The position numbers were made by a program, and so were the translations under genes. A stretch of 64,000 nt of DNA from a virus (Duplodnaviria > Heunggongvirae > Uroviricota > Caudoviricetes), in the IMG/VR virus record IMGVR_UViG_3300008267_008434; one strand, 5' to 3'. This document shows positions 28,214-38,070 of this stretch, piece after piece; position 1 is the first letter of the stretch; every line of letters begins with the position of its first letter. Under the pieces are notes generated by a model. It was not told the DNA's origin. It saw nothing but the letters and a program-made list of their open reading frames with translations, and ran no database searches.

Positions 28214-28870
28214 ATGAAAATAGATAAAAAAATATTAGAAGAAATTAACAGATATAAGTCAATTAATAATTATATAATGGAACAAGACGCTCCTGTTGAA
28301 CCAGACCCTGCGGCGGCTCCACTACCGGCACCTGATGCTGGATTACCACCTGCACCTGGAGCTGAGACACCTGCTCCCGGAGCTTTACCTCCACCACCCG
28401 CACCTGAAGCTGAGACACCACAACCAATTGATGTGGCGCAAGACCCTGATGTTGAAGAAGTTGGTAAAGATGAAGAGGATAAAGAAGAACTTGAAATCAC
28501 TGACTTAGTAAATAGTCAAAAAAATATTGAAACAAAACAAGATGAATATTTTGACAATCTATTTAAACAACTTGAAAATTTAGAAAGTAAATTGGGTGAA
28601 ATGGATAATTTAATGTCTGCGGTTAATTCATTAGAACAAAAAATTGAAAAATATCGACCTAAAACACCTGAAGAAAAACTTGAATTAAGAAGTTTAGATT
28701 CTGGTCCTTTTAATCAAAAACTATCTGATTATTTTGAAGATAAAGAAGATCAGTTTGAAAAACAAGGTAGAGAAGAATATATTCTAACAACTGATGAGGC
28801 TGAAGATTTTTCACCAAAACAAATTAAAGATACTTTTGATACATACGATGACGATGATATGATGCCTTAA
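28214..28870 (+). CDS. acidic Pro-rich / coiled-coil protein, possibly prohead core or scaffold-like
   Basis: Pro/Ala-rich low-complexity segment, an acidic stretch and a heptad-like segment. ATG at 28214 chosen as start. Confidence 0.5.
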   Translation: MKIDKKILEEINRYKSINNYIMEQDAPVEPDPAAAPLPAPDAGLPPAPGAETPAPGALPPPPAPEAETPQPIDVAQDPDVEEVGKDEEDKEELEITDLVNSQKNIETKQDEYFDNLFKQLENLESKLGEMDNLMSAVNSLEQKIEKYRPKTPEEKLELRSLDSGPFNQKLSDYFEDKEDQFEKQGREEYILTTDEAEDFSPKQIKDTFDTYDDDDMMP

Positions 28871-28874
28871 TTAA

Positions 28875-28898
28875 GGGAGGGACATCCGTGTCCCTCTC
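28875..28898 (+). terminator. hairpin terminator closing the tail block
   Basis: Stem GAGGGACA, loop TCCG, stem TGTCCCTC, extendable by 2 bp; followed by AAAATTTTTG. Confidence 0.7.
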
Positions 28899-28916
28899 AA
28901 AATTTTTGAATACATA

Positions 28917-28945
28917 TTGACTGCGACACTTTTTTAATTTATACT
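28917..28945 (+). promoter_or_regulatory. sigma70-consensus promoter for the replication block
   Basis: TTGACT (28917-22), 17-nt spacer, TATACT (28940-45). Confidence 0.75.
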
Positions 28946-28976
28946 TCCTATTGTAAACTTTTAATAACACAAATAT

Positions 28977-29840
28977 ATGGCGACAAACAATGTTTTAGAT
29001 GCAGTTTTGGCTCAGTACGAGAACTCAAAACAAGGTAGTTCATCTTCTACCTCAAAAATGACACAAGATGAGAGAATGAAAAAATATTTTGCTGCAATTC
29101 TTAAAGACAGTGAAAAACAAGGTCAGAAACGACTACGAATTCTACCAACAACCGATGGATCATCTCCTTTTAAAGAGGTTTGGTTTCATGAAGTTAAAGT
29201 AGATGGAAAATGGGTTAAACTTTACGATCCAGGTAAAAACGACAATGAGCGTTCACCATTAAATGAAGTTCACGATGATTTAATGTCAACAGGTAAAGAT
29301 TCCGATAAGGAAATTGCCAAACAATATAAAGCTCGTAAATTTTATATCGTTAAAGTTATTGATCGTGACAACGAACAAGACGGTGTTAAATTTTGGAGAT
29401 TTAAACACAATTACAAACAAGAAGGTATTCTTGACAAAATCATTCCTATTTGGAAAGCAAAAGGTGATGTTACCGATGCTGATAAAGGTAGAGATTTGAT
29501 TTTGGAGTTGACAAAGGCAAAAACAAATGCGGGAATTAACTATACTGTAATTCAAACTGTTATGTATGATGATCCAGCACCACTTCACGAAGACACGGAC
29601 ACTATGAAAGAATGGGTTAGTGATGAATTGACTTGGGAGGATGTCTACTCTAAAAAACCTGTAGAATATCTTGAAGCAATTTCTCGTGGAGAAACACCAA
29701 GATGGGATTCTGATAAAGGTGGGTATGTTTATGCTAATGATGAGGTTGCTGAAACTTCTATCGGAGGTACTAAATCAAAACCAACACCTGTTGTTGATCC
29801 TCAACAAAATGAGGAAATTGACGAAGAGTTACCATTCTAA
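28977..29840 (+). CDS. single-stranded DNA-binding protein (T4 gp32-like)
   Basis: 'RLRILP....SPFKEVWFH', 'KGRDLILE', and an acidic C-terminus ending EELPF. Confidence 0.8.
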   Translation: MATNNVLDAVLAQYENSKQGSSSSTSKMTQDERMKKYFAAILKDSEKQGQKRLRILPTTDGSSPFKEVWFHEVKVDGKWVKLYDPGKNDNERSPLNEVHDDLMSTGKDSDKEIAKQYKARKFYIVKVIDRDNEQDGVKFWRFKHNYKQEGILDKIIPIWKAKGDVTDADKGRDLILELTKAKTNAGINYTVIQTVMYDDPAPLHEDTDTMKEWVSDELTWEDVYSKKPVEYLEAISRGETPRWDSDKGGYVYANDEVAETSIGGTKSKPTPVVDPQQNEEIDEELPF

Positions 29841-29859
29841 AAAAAAGAACCTATAGTGT

Positions 29860-29892
29860 AGGTAGTGATTTACAAAGTCACTACCTTTTTTT
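29860..29892 (+). terminator. intrinsic terminator after SSB, overlapping a sigma70-like promoter
   Basis: Stem AGGTAGTGAT / GTCACTACCT followed by a T run; TTTACA (29869)-17 nt-TATCTT (29892) is embedded in it. Confidence 0.7.
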
Positions 29893-29915
29893 ATCTTTTA
29901 ACAAAACAAACTATT

Positions 29916-30905
29916 ATGGCAATTAAAAAGAAAGAAGTATCATTTGATAGTATCAAAAGTAAATTTTCTACAAAGACAAAATACAAACCTGAAAGTTTTT
30001 ATAACTGTGGTGAGGCGTTTATGGAGGCTTGTGGATTACCAGGTCCTGTAATGGGAGGTATTAATATGTTCTTGGGACACTCAAACACATCAAAAACAAC
30101 GGCAATGATTCTTGCTGCTGCTGATGCTCAAAGAAAAGGACATTTACCTGTTCTTATTATTACTGAAAAGAAATGGTCATGGGAACACGCAATTGAACTT
30201 GGATTACAAGTTGAAAAAACTGAAGATGGTGAATATGATGGTATGTTCATTTTTAACGATTCTTTTGATGTGATTGAACAAGCAACTGAGTTCATTAATG
30301 ATATCCTTGACGCACAAGAAAAAGGTGACATCCCTTATAGTTTATTATTCCTTTGGGATAGTATCGGATCAATCCCTTGTCAAATGACATTTGATGGTAA
30401 AGGTGGTGGAATGCACAATGCGAAAGTATTAGCGGACAAAATTGGTATGGGAATCCATTCTCGTATCTCTAAATCAAAAAAAGAAGATTACCCATATTAC
30501 AACACTTTAGTGGTGTTAAATCAACCTTGGGTACTACTTCCCGATAATCCATTCGGACAACCTGAGATTCAAGCAAAAGGAGGAACTGCAGTATGGTTAG
30601 CAAGTAGTTTAGTATTCTTATTTGGTAATCAAAAGAAAGCGGGTATCAGTCATATTGATGCAACTAAAAATGGTAGAAAAGTATCATTTGCAATTAGAAC
30701 AAAAATCTCTATTTTGAAAAACCATGTTAATGGTATTGGATATAAAGATGGTAAAATAATTGCAGTACCTCATGGATATATAACCGATACAAAAGATTCT
30801 TTGGATAAATATAAAAAAGAATATTCGGATTATTGGGTACAAAAAATGGGGGATTCAAACTATACATTAGATGAGTCTGTTGCATATGATGAAGAAGTAG
30901 AGTAA
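29916..30905 (+). CDS. recA: RecA/UvsX-like recombinase
   Basis: GHSNTSKTT (P-loop variant), LWDSIGS, VVLNQPW and KGG motifs. ATG at 29916 chosen as start. Confidence 0.85.
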   Translation: MAIKKKEVSFDSIKSKFSTKTKYKPESFYNCGEAFMEACGLPGPVMGGINMFLGHSNTSKTTAMILAAADAQRKGHLPVLIITEKKWSWEHAIELGLQVEKTEDGEYDGMFIFNDSFDVIEQATEFINDILDAQEKGDIPYSLLFLWDSIGSIPCQMTFDGKGGGMHNAKVLADKIGMGIHSRISKSKKEDYPYYNTLVVLNQPWVLLPDNPFGQPEIQAKGGTAVWLASSLVFLFGNQKKAGISHIDATKNGRKVSFAIRTKISILKNHVNGIGYKDGKIIAVPHGYITDTKDSLDKYKKEYSDYWVQKMGDSNYTLDESVAYDEEVE

Positions 30906-30933
30906 TATTGTAGAACGAATTAATCGTATTAAA

Positions 30934-31950
30934 ATGACCAAGACACTTATTGTTGATGGTAACAATTTATTAAAAATAGGTTTTCACGGAGTTAAAGATT
31001 TCTTTAATGAAGGAGAACACATTGGAGGAACTTGGCATTTTCTTAATACTTTGCGCAAATTCTTAGAAGAATCCAATTTTAACAAAGTAGTTGTTTTTTG
31101 GGACGGTGATGAAAATTCGTCCCAAAGAAAATTACTTTATCCGAAATATAAGGGTAATAGAAAATCATCTTATACTGAAGAAAAAACATATTCATTTAAT
31201 ACCCAAAAACAGAGAGTAAAACAATATCTTGAAGAGATGTTTGTTAGACAATTAGAAGTTGATAATTCTGAAGCGGATGATTTAATTGCTTATTATTGTC
31301 AAATATCTGAAGATGAGGATAAAACAATATTTTCATCAGATAAGGATCTTACACAACTTATTTCCGAAAAGGTGACAATATATTCACCACAACAAAAAAA
31401 ATACTATAAAAATGGGGATAAAATAAAAATCAAAGATTATAGTATTCCACATTATAACATAATGACATTTAAGATAGTTGCTGGTGACACCTCAGATAAT
31501 ATTGATGGTATCAGTTTACTTGGTGAGAAAACTTTAGTCAAATTATTTCCTGAGATACTTGATTCGCAAGTATCATTTACCGATATTTTAAACAAAGGTA
31601 GGAAGTTGTTAGAGAATCAAAATAAAAGTGTAGTTTTGAATAATCTATCAAGTGGAAAAACCAAAGAAGGGGTACTTGGGGAAAAGTTCTTCAGCGTGAA
31701 TCAAATATTAGTTGATTTATCCAACCCGTTAATAAATGAAGAAGGGAAAAAGTTAGTTGAATTATATTATTCAGAAACTTTGGATCCTGATGGGAGAGGA
31801 TACAGAAACTTAATAAAGATGATGATGGAAGATGGATTCTTTAGGTATCTACCAAAGGGTGATGATGCTTGGGTAAATTTCTTAAAACCATTTTTAAAAT
31901 TAACAAGAAAAGAAAAAACAAATTACAGAAACAAAAAAACAAATTTATGA
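30934..31950 (+). CDS. 5'-3' exonuclease / RNase H (PolI N-terminal, FEN-like)
   Basis: LIVDGNN, FWDG, YKGNR, EADDLIA, SSDKDLTQL and GDTSDNIDGI..GEKT motifs. Confidence 0.92.
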   Translation: MTKTLIVDGNNLLKIGFHGVKDFFNEGEHIGGTWHFLNTLRKFLEESNFNKVVVFWDGDENSSQRKLLYPKYKGNRKSSYTEEKTYSFNTQKQRVKQYLEEMFVRQLEVDNSEADDLIAYYCQISEDEDKTIFSSDKDLTQLISEKVTIYSPQQKKYYKNGDKIKIKDYSIPHYNIMTFKIVAGDTSDNIDGISLLGEKTLVKLFPEILDSQVSFTDILNKGRKLLENQNKSVVLNNLSSGKTKEGVLGEKFFSVNQILVDLSNPLINEEGKKLVELYYSETLDPDGRGYRNLIKMMMEDGFFRYLPKGDDAWVNFLKPFLKLTRKEKTNYRNKKTNL

Positions 31951-32396
31951 AAGATTTAGATTTTACAAAAGTGGAATTCCTATTGAAATGTAACGAAAAC
32001 ATTATCGTTCAGAGATTCTTTAATGTTAGGGGATTTAATCCTAAGTCAAGAAATTCGTTTAATGTATATGAATACATTGGAGATTTGTGTGACAAATTGA
32101 AAAGCGATTTAAAGATGAGAACGATTGTTTATATGTTAGACAATCAGTATGAAATTCAGGAGAATCCTGATGTTCTTAACACATCAAATACTGATGGTGA
32201 TGAGAACTTTCACATGATAATTAGAGTTGGAGATATGACAATTTGTCATAGAGTGTTTGAGGCTAAAGTATACCCTCCGAAGGTAAGATATACCGTGGAC
32301 CTACGCCCACAACTAAAAGGGATATTATCCGACCTAACTGACATTTTTTCAGGTAAAAAATTTAATATTGAGTATGCTGGATTTAGTTTAGTTTGA
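31947..32396 (+). CDS. hypothetical protein in the replication operon
   Basis: ATGA overlap with the exonuclease stop; no recognised motif. Confidence 0.65.
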   Translation: MKDLDFTKVEFLLKCNENIIVQRFFNVRGFNPKSRNSFNVYEYIGDLCDKLKSDLKMRTIVYMLDNQYEIQENPDVLNTSNTDGDENFHMIIRVGDMTICHRVFEAKVYPPKVRYTVDLRPQLKGILSDLTDIFSGKKFNIEYAGFSLV

Positions 32397-32429
32397 TACT
32401 ATTTATCTTAACAAACAAATTAAAAAACT

Positions 32430-33809
32430 ATGGCGACACACAAAAACTTTGATTATTTAGGTAACAATTTTCAGATTCAATTGCTGAATCAAATTATTTT
32501 AGACAAGGATTTTTCACACTCAATTATTGATGTGATTGAACCAAGTTATTTTGAAAACAAGTATTTCAAAATCATCATTCAAATGGTGAAAGAGTATTAT
32601 AAAAAATACAATCATACACCATCATTTGATACATTAGAACAAGTTACAAAATCAGAACTACAACAAGAAATGGCATCTAAAGTTGTTTTGGATATGATTA
32701 CCAAAATTAAGGATGCACCTATCGAGGGAGGGGATTTTGTACAAGAGAAGGCTCTTAAGTTTTGTAAACAACAAGAGGTAGTAAAAGTAATGAGTAAGGC
32801 TCAAAAAATCATTGACGGTGGTGAATTTGAAAACTATGACACCATTGAAGAAATGTTTAGAGGAGCGATTCAAGTAGGAGAGAAAGACACAAGTACTTCA
32901 AGTGTTTTTAGTAACTTGGATCAAGTCTTGGATGACGACTATAGACATCCAATCCCAATGGGAATTCCTGGTATTGACAGACTGTTAAAAGGAGGTTTAG
33001 CAAAAGGCGAAATCGGTGTTGTTTTGGCACCAACTGGTGTTGGTAAATCAACCCTTTTAACTAAGATTGCGAACCATGCATTTAACATGGGAAACAGTGT
33101 ACTTCAAATATTTTTTGAAGACAACCCAAAGATAATTCAAAGAAAACATTTTACTCTTTGGACTAAAATACATCCTGACGATTTGTCAGAAAAAAGAGAT
33201 GAGGTAACATCTAGGGTTAGGGAAATTGAAGAGACTATGCCTAACAAACTAATTATGAAAAAATTGCCATCAGATACTGTGACGATGTTGCAAATTAAAA
33301 ATCAAGTTAGGAAAATGATTGCTGATGGGACAAAAATTGATATGATTTTATTAGATTATATTGATTGTGTTGTACCTGACAAAAATTTAGGTGATGAGTG
33401 GAAAAGTGAGGGTTCTGTAATGAGAGGTTTTGAGGCGATGTGTCACGAACTTAACATTGTAGGATGGACTGCTACTCAAGGTAATAGAAATTCCATTTCT
33501 TCTGAAGTTGTAACAACTGATCAAATGGGTGGTTCTATTAAAAAGGCACAAGTAGGTCATGTTATTATTTCTGTGGCTAAGACATTACAACAAAAAGAAA
33601 TGAAATTAGCAACAATCGCCATAACTAAATCAAGAATTGGTGATGACGGTATCGTATTTGAAAACTGTAAATTTGATAACGGTATGTTAGAAATTGATAC
33701 CGAAAGTTCAATGACTTTCTTAGGAGTTGAGGAACAAAAAGAAGAAAGACAGCGTCAGCGTGTTAAAGAGTTGATGGAGAAAAGAAAACAAAAAGAACAA
33801 AATAATTGA
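32430..33809 (+). CDS. dnaB: replicative DNA helicase (DnaB/gp41-like)
   Basis: Walker A APTGVGKS, Walker B LDYID, and WTATQGNR motif. Confidence 0.92.
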   Translation: MATHKNFDYLGNNFQIQLLNQIILDKDFSHSIIDVIEPSYFENKYFKIIIQMVKEYYKKYNHTPSFDTLEQVTKSELQQEMASKVVLDMITKIKDAPIEGGDFVQEKALKFCKQQEVVKVMSKAQKIIDGGEFENYDTIEEMFRGAIQVGEKDTSTSSVFSNLDQVLDDDYRHPIPMGIPGIDRLLKGGLAKGEIGVVLAPTGVGKSTLLTKIANHAFNMGNSVLQIFFEDNPKIIQRKHFTLWTKIHPDDLSEKRDEVTSRVREIEETMPNKLIMKKLPSDTVTMLQIKNQVRKMIADGTKIDMILLDYIDCVVPDKNLGDEWKSEGSVMRGFEAMCHELNIVGWTATQGNRNSISSEVVTTDQMGGSIKKAQVGHVIISVAKTLQQKEMKLATIAITKSRIGDDGIVFENCKFDNGMLEIDTESSMTFLGVEEQKEERQRQRVKELMEKRKQKEQNN

Positions 33810-33869
33810 AAATTTAAGTAAGTTAGTGATATTAAAAATATATTTACCTGTATTTATATTATAAAATCT

Positions 33870-34601
33870 ATGGATATGGAAAAAATATTTATATATGGGA
33901 TATATAACCCTGATGAACCTGAAATAATAAGATATGTCGGTAAAACTAAAAAAAATGTTAATAAAAGATTAAAAGAACACATTTATTTAGGTGAAAAAAA
34001 AGTTAAAAGACCGTTATATTTGTGGATAAATAAATTATTGAAAAAGAATAAAAAACCTGAAATAATAATAATTGAGGAAACAAATAATAAAGAATGGGCC
34101 AATAAAGAGATTTTTTGGATAAAAAAATATAAAAAAACTAATAATTTATTAAATTTAACCGATGGTGGGGAATCAAATCTTAATTACATACCTAATGAAG
34201 AGACAAGAAAAAAAATTTCATTAAATAATATTGGCAAACATAGTTATTGGAAAAATAAAAAATTAAGTAAAGAACATAAAGATAATATCGGCAAATCTTT
34301 AGTTGGGAAAAAAAGAAGTGATAAAACTAAAAAAAATATAAGTGAGTCGTTAAAAGGAAGAAAACTTTCTGAAGAACATAAATTAAAATTAAGCGTTTTA
34401 AGTCCTAATAAGGGTAAACCGGCTAAAAATATTAAATCGGTTAATAAAATATGTTTAGAAACTGGTAATATTATTGAAACATATATGTCTTTAGAAATAG
34501 CAGCAAAAGAAAATAATATAAAAAATAAAGGTAACATTGTTATGGTCTGCCAAGGTAAAAGAAATAAATGTGGTGGATTTTTATGGAAATATGTAAATTA
34601 A
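33870..34601 (+). mobile_element. free-standing GIY-YIG homing endonuclease with NUMOD3/NUMOD1-like DNA-binding tails
   Basis: 'FIYGIYN...RYVGKT...RLKEH', 'NLTDGGE', repeated 'S.EHK.KIS.SLKG' units and C-terminal 'CQGKRNKCGGFLWKY'; visibly more A-rich than its neighbours. Confidence 0.85.
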
Positions 34602-34607
34602 AAAAAA

Positions 34608-35558
34608 ATGGAAGAGAAAATTTTAAAAACTAACCCCTCAAGATTTGTTATATTCCCTATTGAGCACAACGATATTTGGGAATATTACAAACAACATCAA
34701 GCGGCATTTTGGACTGCTGAAGAAGTTGATTTAACCAATGATATTCGTGATTGGGAAAAATTAACTGATAATGAAAAATATTTTGTTAAAAATGTATTAT
34801 CATTCTTTGCAGCATCTGATGGTATTGTTAACGAAAACTTGGCGGAAAATTTCTACCGAGAAGTACAATATCCTGAAGCAAAATTCTTCTACGGATTCCA
34901 GTTGGCAATGGAAAATATTCACTCACTAATGTACTCATTGTTGATTGATACCTATATCAGTAACGCTAAAGAAAAAGACGAATGTTTCAATGCAATTGAC
35001 AGATTACCTGCAGTTCAGAAGAAAGCAAAATGGGCGTTGGATTGGATTGAAAATGCGTCATTCCAAGAACGATTGGTAGCATTCGCAGCGGTTGAAGGAA
35101 TTTTCTTCTCAGGTTCATTCTGCTCAATCTTTTGGTTGAAATCAAGAGGTATCATGCAAGGATTATGTAATGCGAATTCATTAATCTTTAAAGATGAAAA
35201 CTTACATTGTGATTTTGCAATTCACTTGTTGAATAACCATTGCGAAAACAAACCGTCTGAAAAACGAATTAAAGAGATTTTATTATCGGCACTTGAAATT
35301 GAAAAAGAATTCATCACAGAATCACTACCAGTATCACTTATCGGTATGAACTCTAACTTGATGAAACAATACCTTGAGTTTGTTGTTGATGGATTATTGG
35401 TTAAGTTTGGATGTAAGAAACAATTTAATGTTGAACAACCATTCAAGTTTATGGAACAAATTGCGGTTGAAACAAAAGGTAACTTCTTTGAATCAAGAAC
35501 AATGGAATACCAAAAAGCAAAATTGAACGAAACAATTTCATTTACAGACGATTTCTAA
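34608..35558 (+). CDS. nrdB: class Ia ribonucleotide reductase beta subunit
   Basis: [38 protein letters not shown] and DENLH motifs. Confidence 0.95.
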   Translation: MEEKILKTNPSRFVIFPIEHNDIWEYYKQHQAAFWTAEEVDLTNDIRDWEKLTDNEKYFVKNVLSFFAASDGIVNENLAENFYREVQYPEAKFFYGFQLAMENIHSLMYSLLIDTYISNAKEKDECFNAIDRLPAVQKKAKWALDWIENASFQERLVAFAAVEGIFFSGSFCSIFWLKSRGIMQGLCNANSLIFKDENLHCDFAIHLLNNHCENKPSEKRIKEILLSALEIEKEFITESLPVSLIGMNSNLMKQYLEFVVDGLLVKFGCKKQFNVEQPFKFMEQIAVETKGNFFESRTMEYQKAKLNETISFTDDF

Positions 35559-35572
35559 AAAAATAAAAAATT

Positions 35573-38002
35573 ATGTCATTAAAAATTATTAAAAGAGGTG
35601 GGGATTCGGTTGCATTTAACCCACAAAAAATTTACAATCGTGTAAAACGAGCATCAAAAGGTTTGAATGTTAATTCGGACGAAATATTCATTAAGGTTAT
35701 TACCTCGGTACCAACTGAAGGAGAAATAACAACAAAAGAATTAGATAAACTTGTATATGAGATTGCTGCGGCTTATACTGGTAGTCACCACGACTATTCA
35801 AGGTTAGCATCTTCAGTTGCAATATCTTCATATCATAAAGAAACTAATGATAGTTTTTCACAAACTATGGAATTGTTGTATGATGATGGAGTGGTTAATG
35901 AAAAATTAATTAACACAATTAATGAATATGGTGCTGAGATTATTGATGCGGTAATCAATCACGATAACGACTATAACTTTGATTATTTTGCTTGGAGATC
36001 ATTACAAGAAATGTATTTGTTGAAACGACCAACAGGTAAGGTAATTGAACGACCACAACATATGTATATGAGAGTTGCGTTGTGGGTAACCAATACAATG
36101 GAAGAGGCTTTTGATTATTATAAGTCGTTGTCTGAACAACGTATATCACCCGCAACACCAATTATGATTAATTCAGGAACAAAAATTCCTCAATTGGCGT
36201 CTTGTGTGTTACATTACAACAACTCTGACTCAAGAATGGGATTGTTGGAAACATTGAATGATATCTCAACTTATTCTGCGGATGCTGCGGGTATTGGATT
36301 GTGTATGTCAAATCAAAGAAGTAAAGAAAGTCGTATTAATAGTTCAGGTGGTTATGCTGGTGGTTTATTGAAATACCTTAAAATTGTTAACGAATCTTTA
36401 CGATTCTTTAATCAACAAGGTAGAAGACCTGGGTCGGCAGCAATTTATTTAGAACCTTGGCATAAAGATATTATGGATCTTCTTGACATCAAAAAGAATA
36501 CAGGTGCTGAAGAATTAAGAGCGAGAGATTTGTTTACCGCACTTTGGATTCCTGATAACTTTATGAGAGCCGTTAAAAATAATGGTGATTGGTATTTGTT
36601 CTGTCCTAACGACATTAATAAATCTGGACTTAAACCATTACAAGAATGTTATGGTGATGAATATGAAAGTGTTTATCGTGAAGCGGTGGCACTTGGTTTA
36701 GGTAAAAAAGTTAAAGCTCAAGATGTTTGGACTAAAATTATTGAATCACAAGTTGAGACTGGTGTTCCTTATTTATGTTCTAAAGATAGTGCTAATAGAA
36801 AGACTAACCACCAAAATATCGGTGTGATTAAACAGTCAAACTTGTGTAATGAAATATACCAATATACTGACGAAGAGACTACTGCAATTTGTACATTGTC
36901 CTCAATGGTATTGAAGAACTTCATTCAAGGTAATAAGTTTGATTTCCAATTACTTTTTACTGAAGTTAGAAAAGTGGTTAGAGCGTTAAATAAAGTCGTT
37001 AACATTAATAGTTACTCAACAGACAAAGGGTTAAAAGGTGGGTTAGAACAACGAGCAATTGCAATTGGAACTCAAGGATTGGCAGATGTATTTTATCTAC
37101 TTGATTTAATATTCACCGAAGAAGAAGCAAGAATCTTAAATAAACAAATTTTTGAAACCATTTATTACGGTGCTATCTATGAAAGTAATAAACTTTGTAA
37201 AAATGGGGAGTATCTACCATATAAATTCTTTGAAGGATCGCCAATGTCACAAGGTATATTCCAATTTGATATGTGGGGATTGAATGAAAGTGATTTATCA
37301 GGATACTGGGATTGGAACCAACTTAAAGAAGATGTAAAAGAATTTGGGGTATGTAATTCATTATTCACGGCACAAATGCCTGTAGCATCTTCAGCGAAAA
37401 TTACAGGTTCATTTGAAATGACAGAACCCGCACATTCAGCATTGTTTAACAGAAGAGTGGTAGGTGGTGAAATTATGATTGTGAATAAATACCTCATTAA
37501 TGACTTTGAAAAAATGGGTATTTGGTCTGAGGATTTGAAGAATGAAATTATTATCAATGAGGGATCGATTCAAAACATTAACTTTAACAATTATTTAGAT
37601 ACTGAAGATAAACACTACAATAAGAAAGTTAAACGAATTGAGCATTTGATTCCAAAGTATAAAACAATTTGGGAGATTTCACAAAGAGAATTGATTGATA
37701 TGGCGGCAGACAGAGCACCATTTATTGATCAATCACAATCAATGAATATCTATATGGCGAACCCAACATTGTCAAAGATTACATCATCACATTTCCACTC
37801 GTGGGAAAAAGGTTTGAAAACTCTTTGTTATTATGTTAGAACCAAGGCAATTTCCACAGGGGCAAAACACTTGGCGGTTGATATGTCAAAAGTAGAAAAA
37901 CCAAAAGCAACACCATTTGTTCCCAAAGTGGACTATTCAAACATGAATCTACCACCAAAACCTGAAAATAGTGAATTTGATTGTTTTGGATGTTCATCCT
38001 AA
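35573..38002 (+). CDS. nrdA: class Ia ribonucleotide reductase alpha subunit with ATP cone
   Basis: N-terminal ATP cone, QLASC, SNLCNEI, AICTLSS, LCYYVRT, and C-terminal CFGC. Confidence 0.96.
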   Translation: MSLKIIKRGGDSVAFNPQKIYNRVKRASKGLNVNSDEIFIKVITSVPTEGEITTKELDKLVYEIAAAYTGSHHDYSRLASSVAISSYHKETNDSFSQTMELLYDDGVVNEKLINTINEYGAEIIDAVINHDNDYNFDYFAWRSLQEMYLLKRPTGKVIERPQHMYMRVALWVTNTMEEAFDYYKSLSEQRISPATPIMINSGTKIPQLASCVLHYNNSDSRMGLLETLNDISTYSADAAGIGLCMSNQRSKESRINSSGGYAGGLLKYLKIVNESLRFFNQQGRRPGSAAIYLEPWHKDIMDLLDIKKNTGAEELRARDLFTALWIPDNFMRAVKNNGDWYLFCPNDINKSGLKPLQECYGDEYESVYREAVALGLGKKVKAQDVWTKIIESQVETGVPYLCSKDSANRKTNHQNIGVIKQSNLCNEIYQYTDEETTAICTLSSMVLKNFIQGNKFDFQLLFTEVRKVVRALNKVVNINSYSTDKGLKGGLEQRAIAIGTQGLADVFYLLDLIFTEEEARILNKQIFETIYYGAIYESNKLCKNGEYLPYKFFEGSPMSQGIFQFDMWGLNESDLSGYWDWNQLKEDVKEFGVCNSLFTAQMPVASSAKITGSFEMTEPAHSALFNRRVVGGEIMIVNKYLINDFEKMGIWSEDLKNEIIINEGSIQNINFNNYLDTEDKHYNKKVKRIEHLIPKYKTIWEISQRELIDMAADRAPFIDQSQSMNIYMANPTLSKITSSHFHSWEKGLKTLCYYVRTKAISTGAKHLAVDMSKVEKPKATPFVPKVDYSNMNLPPKPENSEFDCFGCSS

Positions 38003-38007
38003 AATAT

Positions 38008-38033
38008 AATCCCGACTTATGTTGGGATTTTTT
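38008..38033 (+). terminator. intrinsic terminator after nrdA
   Basis: Stem AATCCCGAC, loop TTAT, stem GTTGGGATT, then a T run. Confidence 0.75.
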
Positions 38034-38070
38034 ATTTATATAAAACTTCCCAACATTATATTTATTAGAT

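Noticed and set aside
29916-38002. Introns or inteins in recA, dnaB, nrdB or nrdA
   Set aside because: All have normal lengths and uninterrupted motifs; the endonuclease is intergenic.
34608-38002. Eukaryotic or giant-virus origin suggested by the eukaryote-like RNR and SNF2
   Set aside because: Contractile tail and baseplate genes, operon coupling, sigma70-like promoters and intrinsic terminators indicate a bacteriophage.
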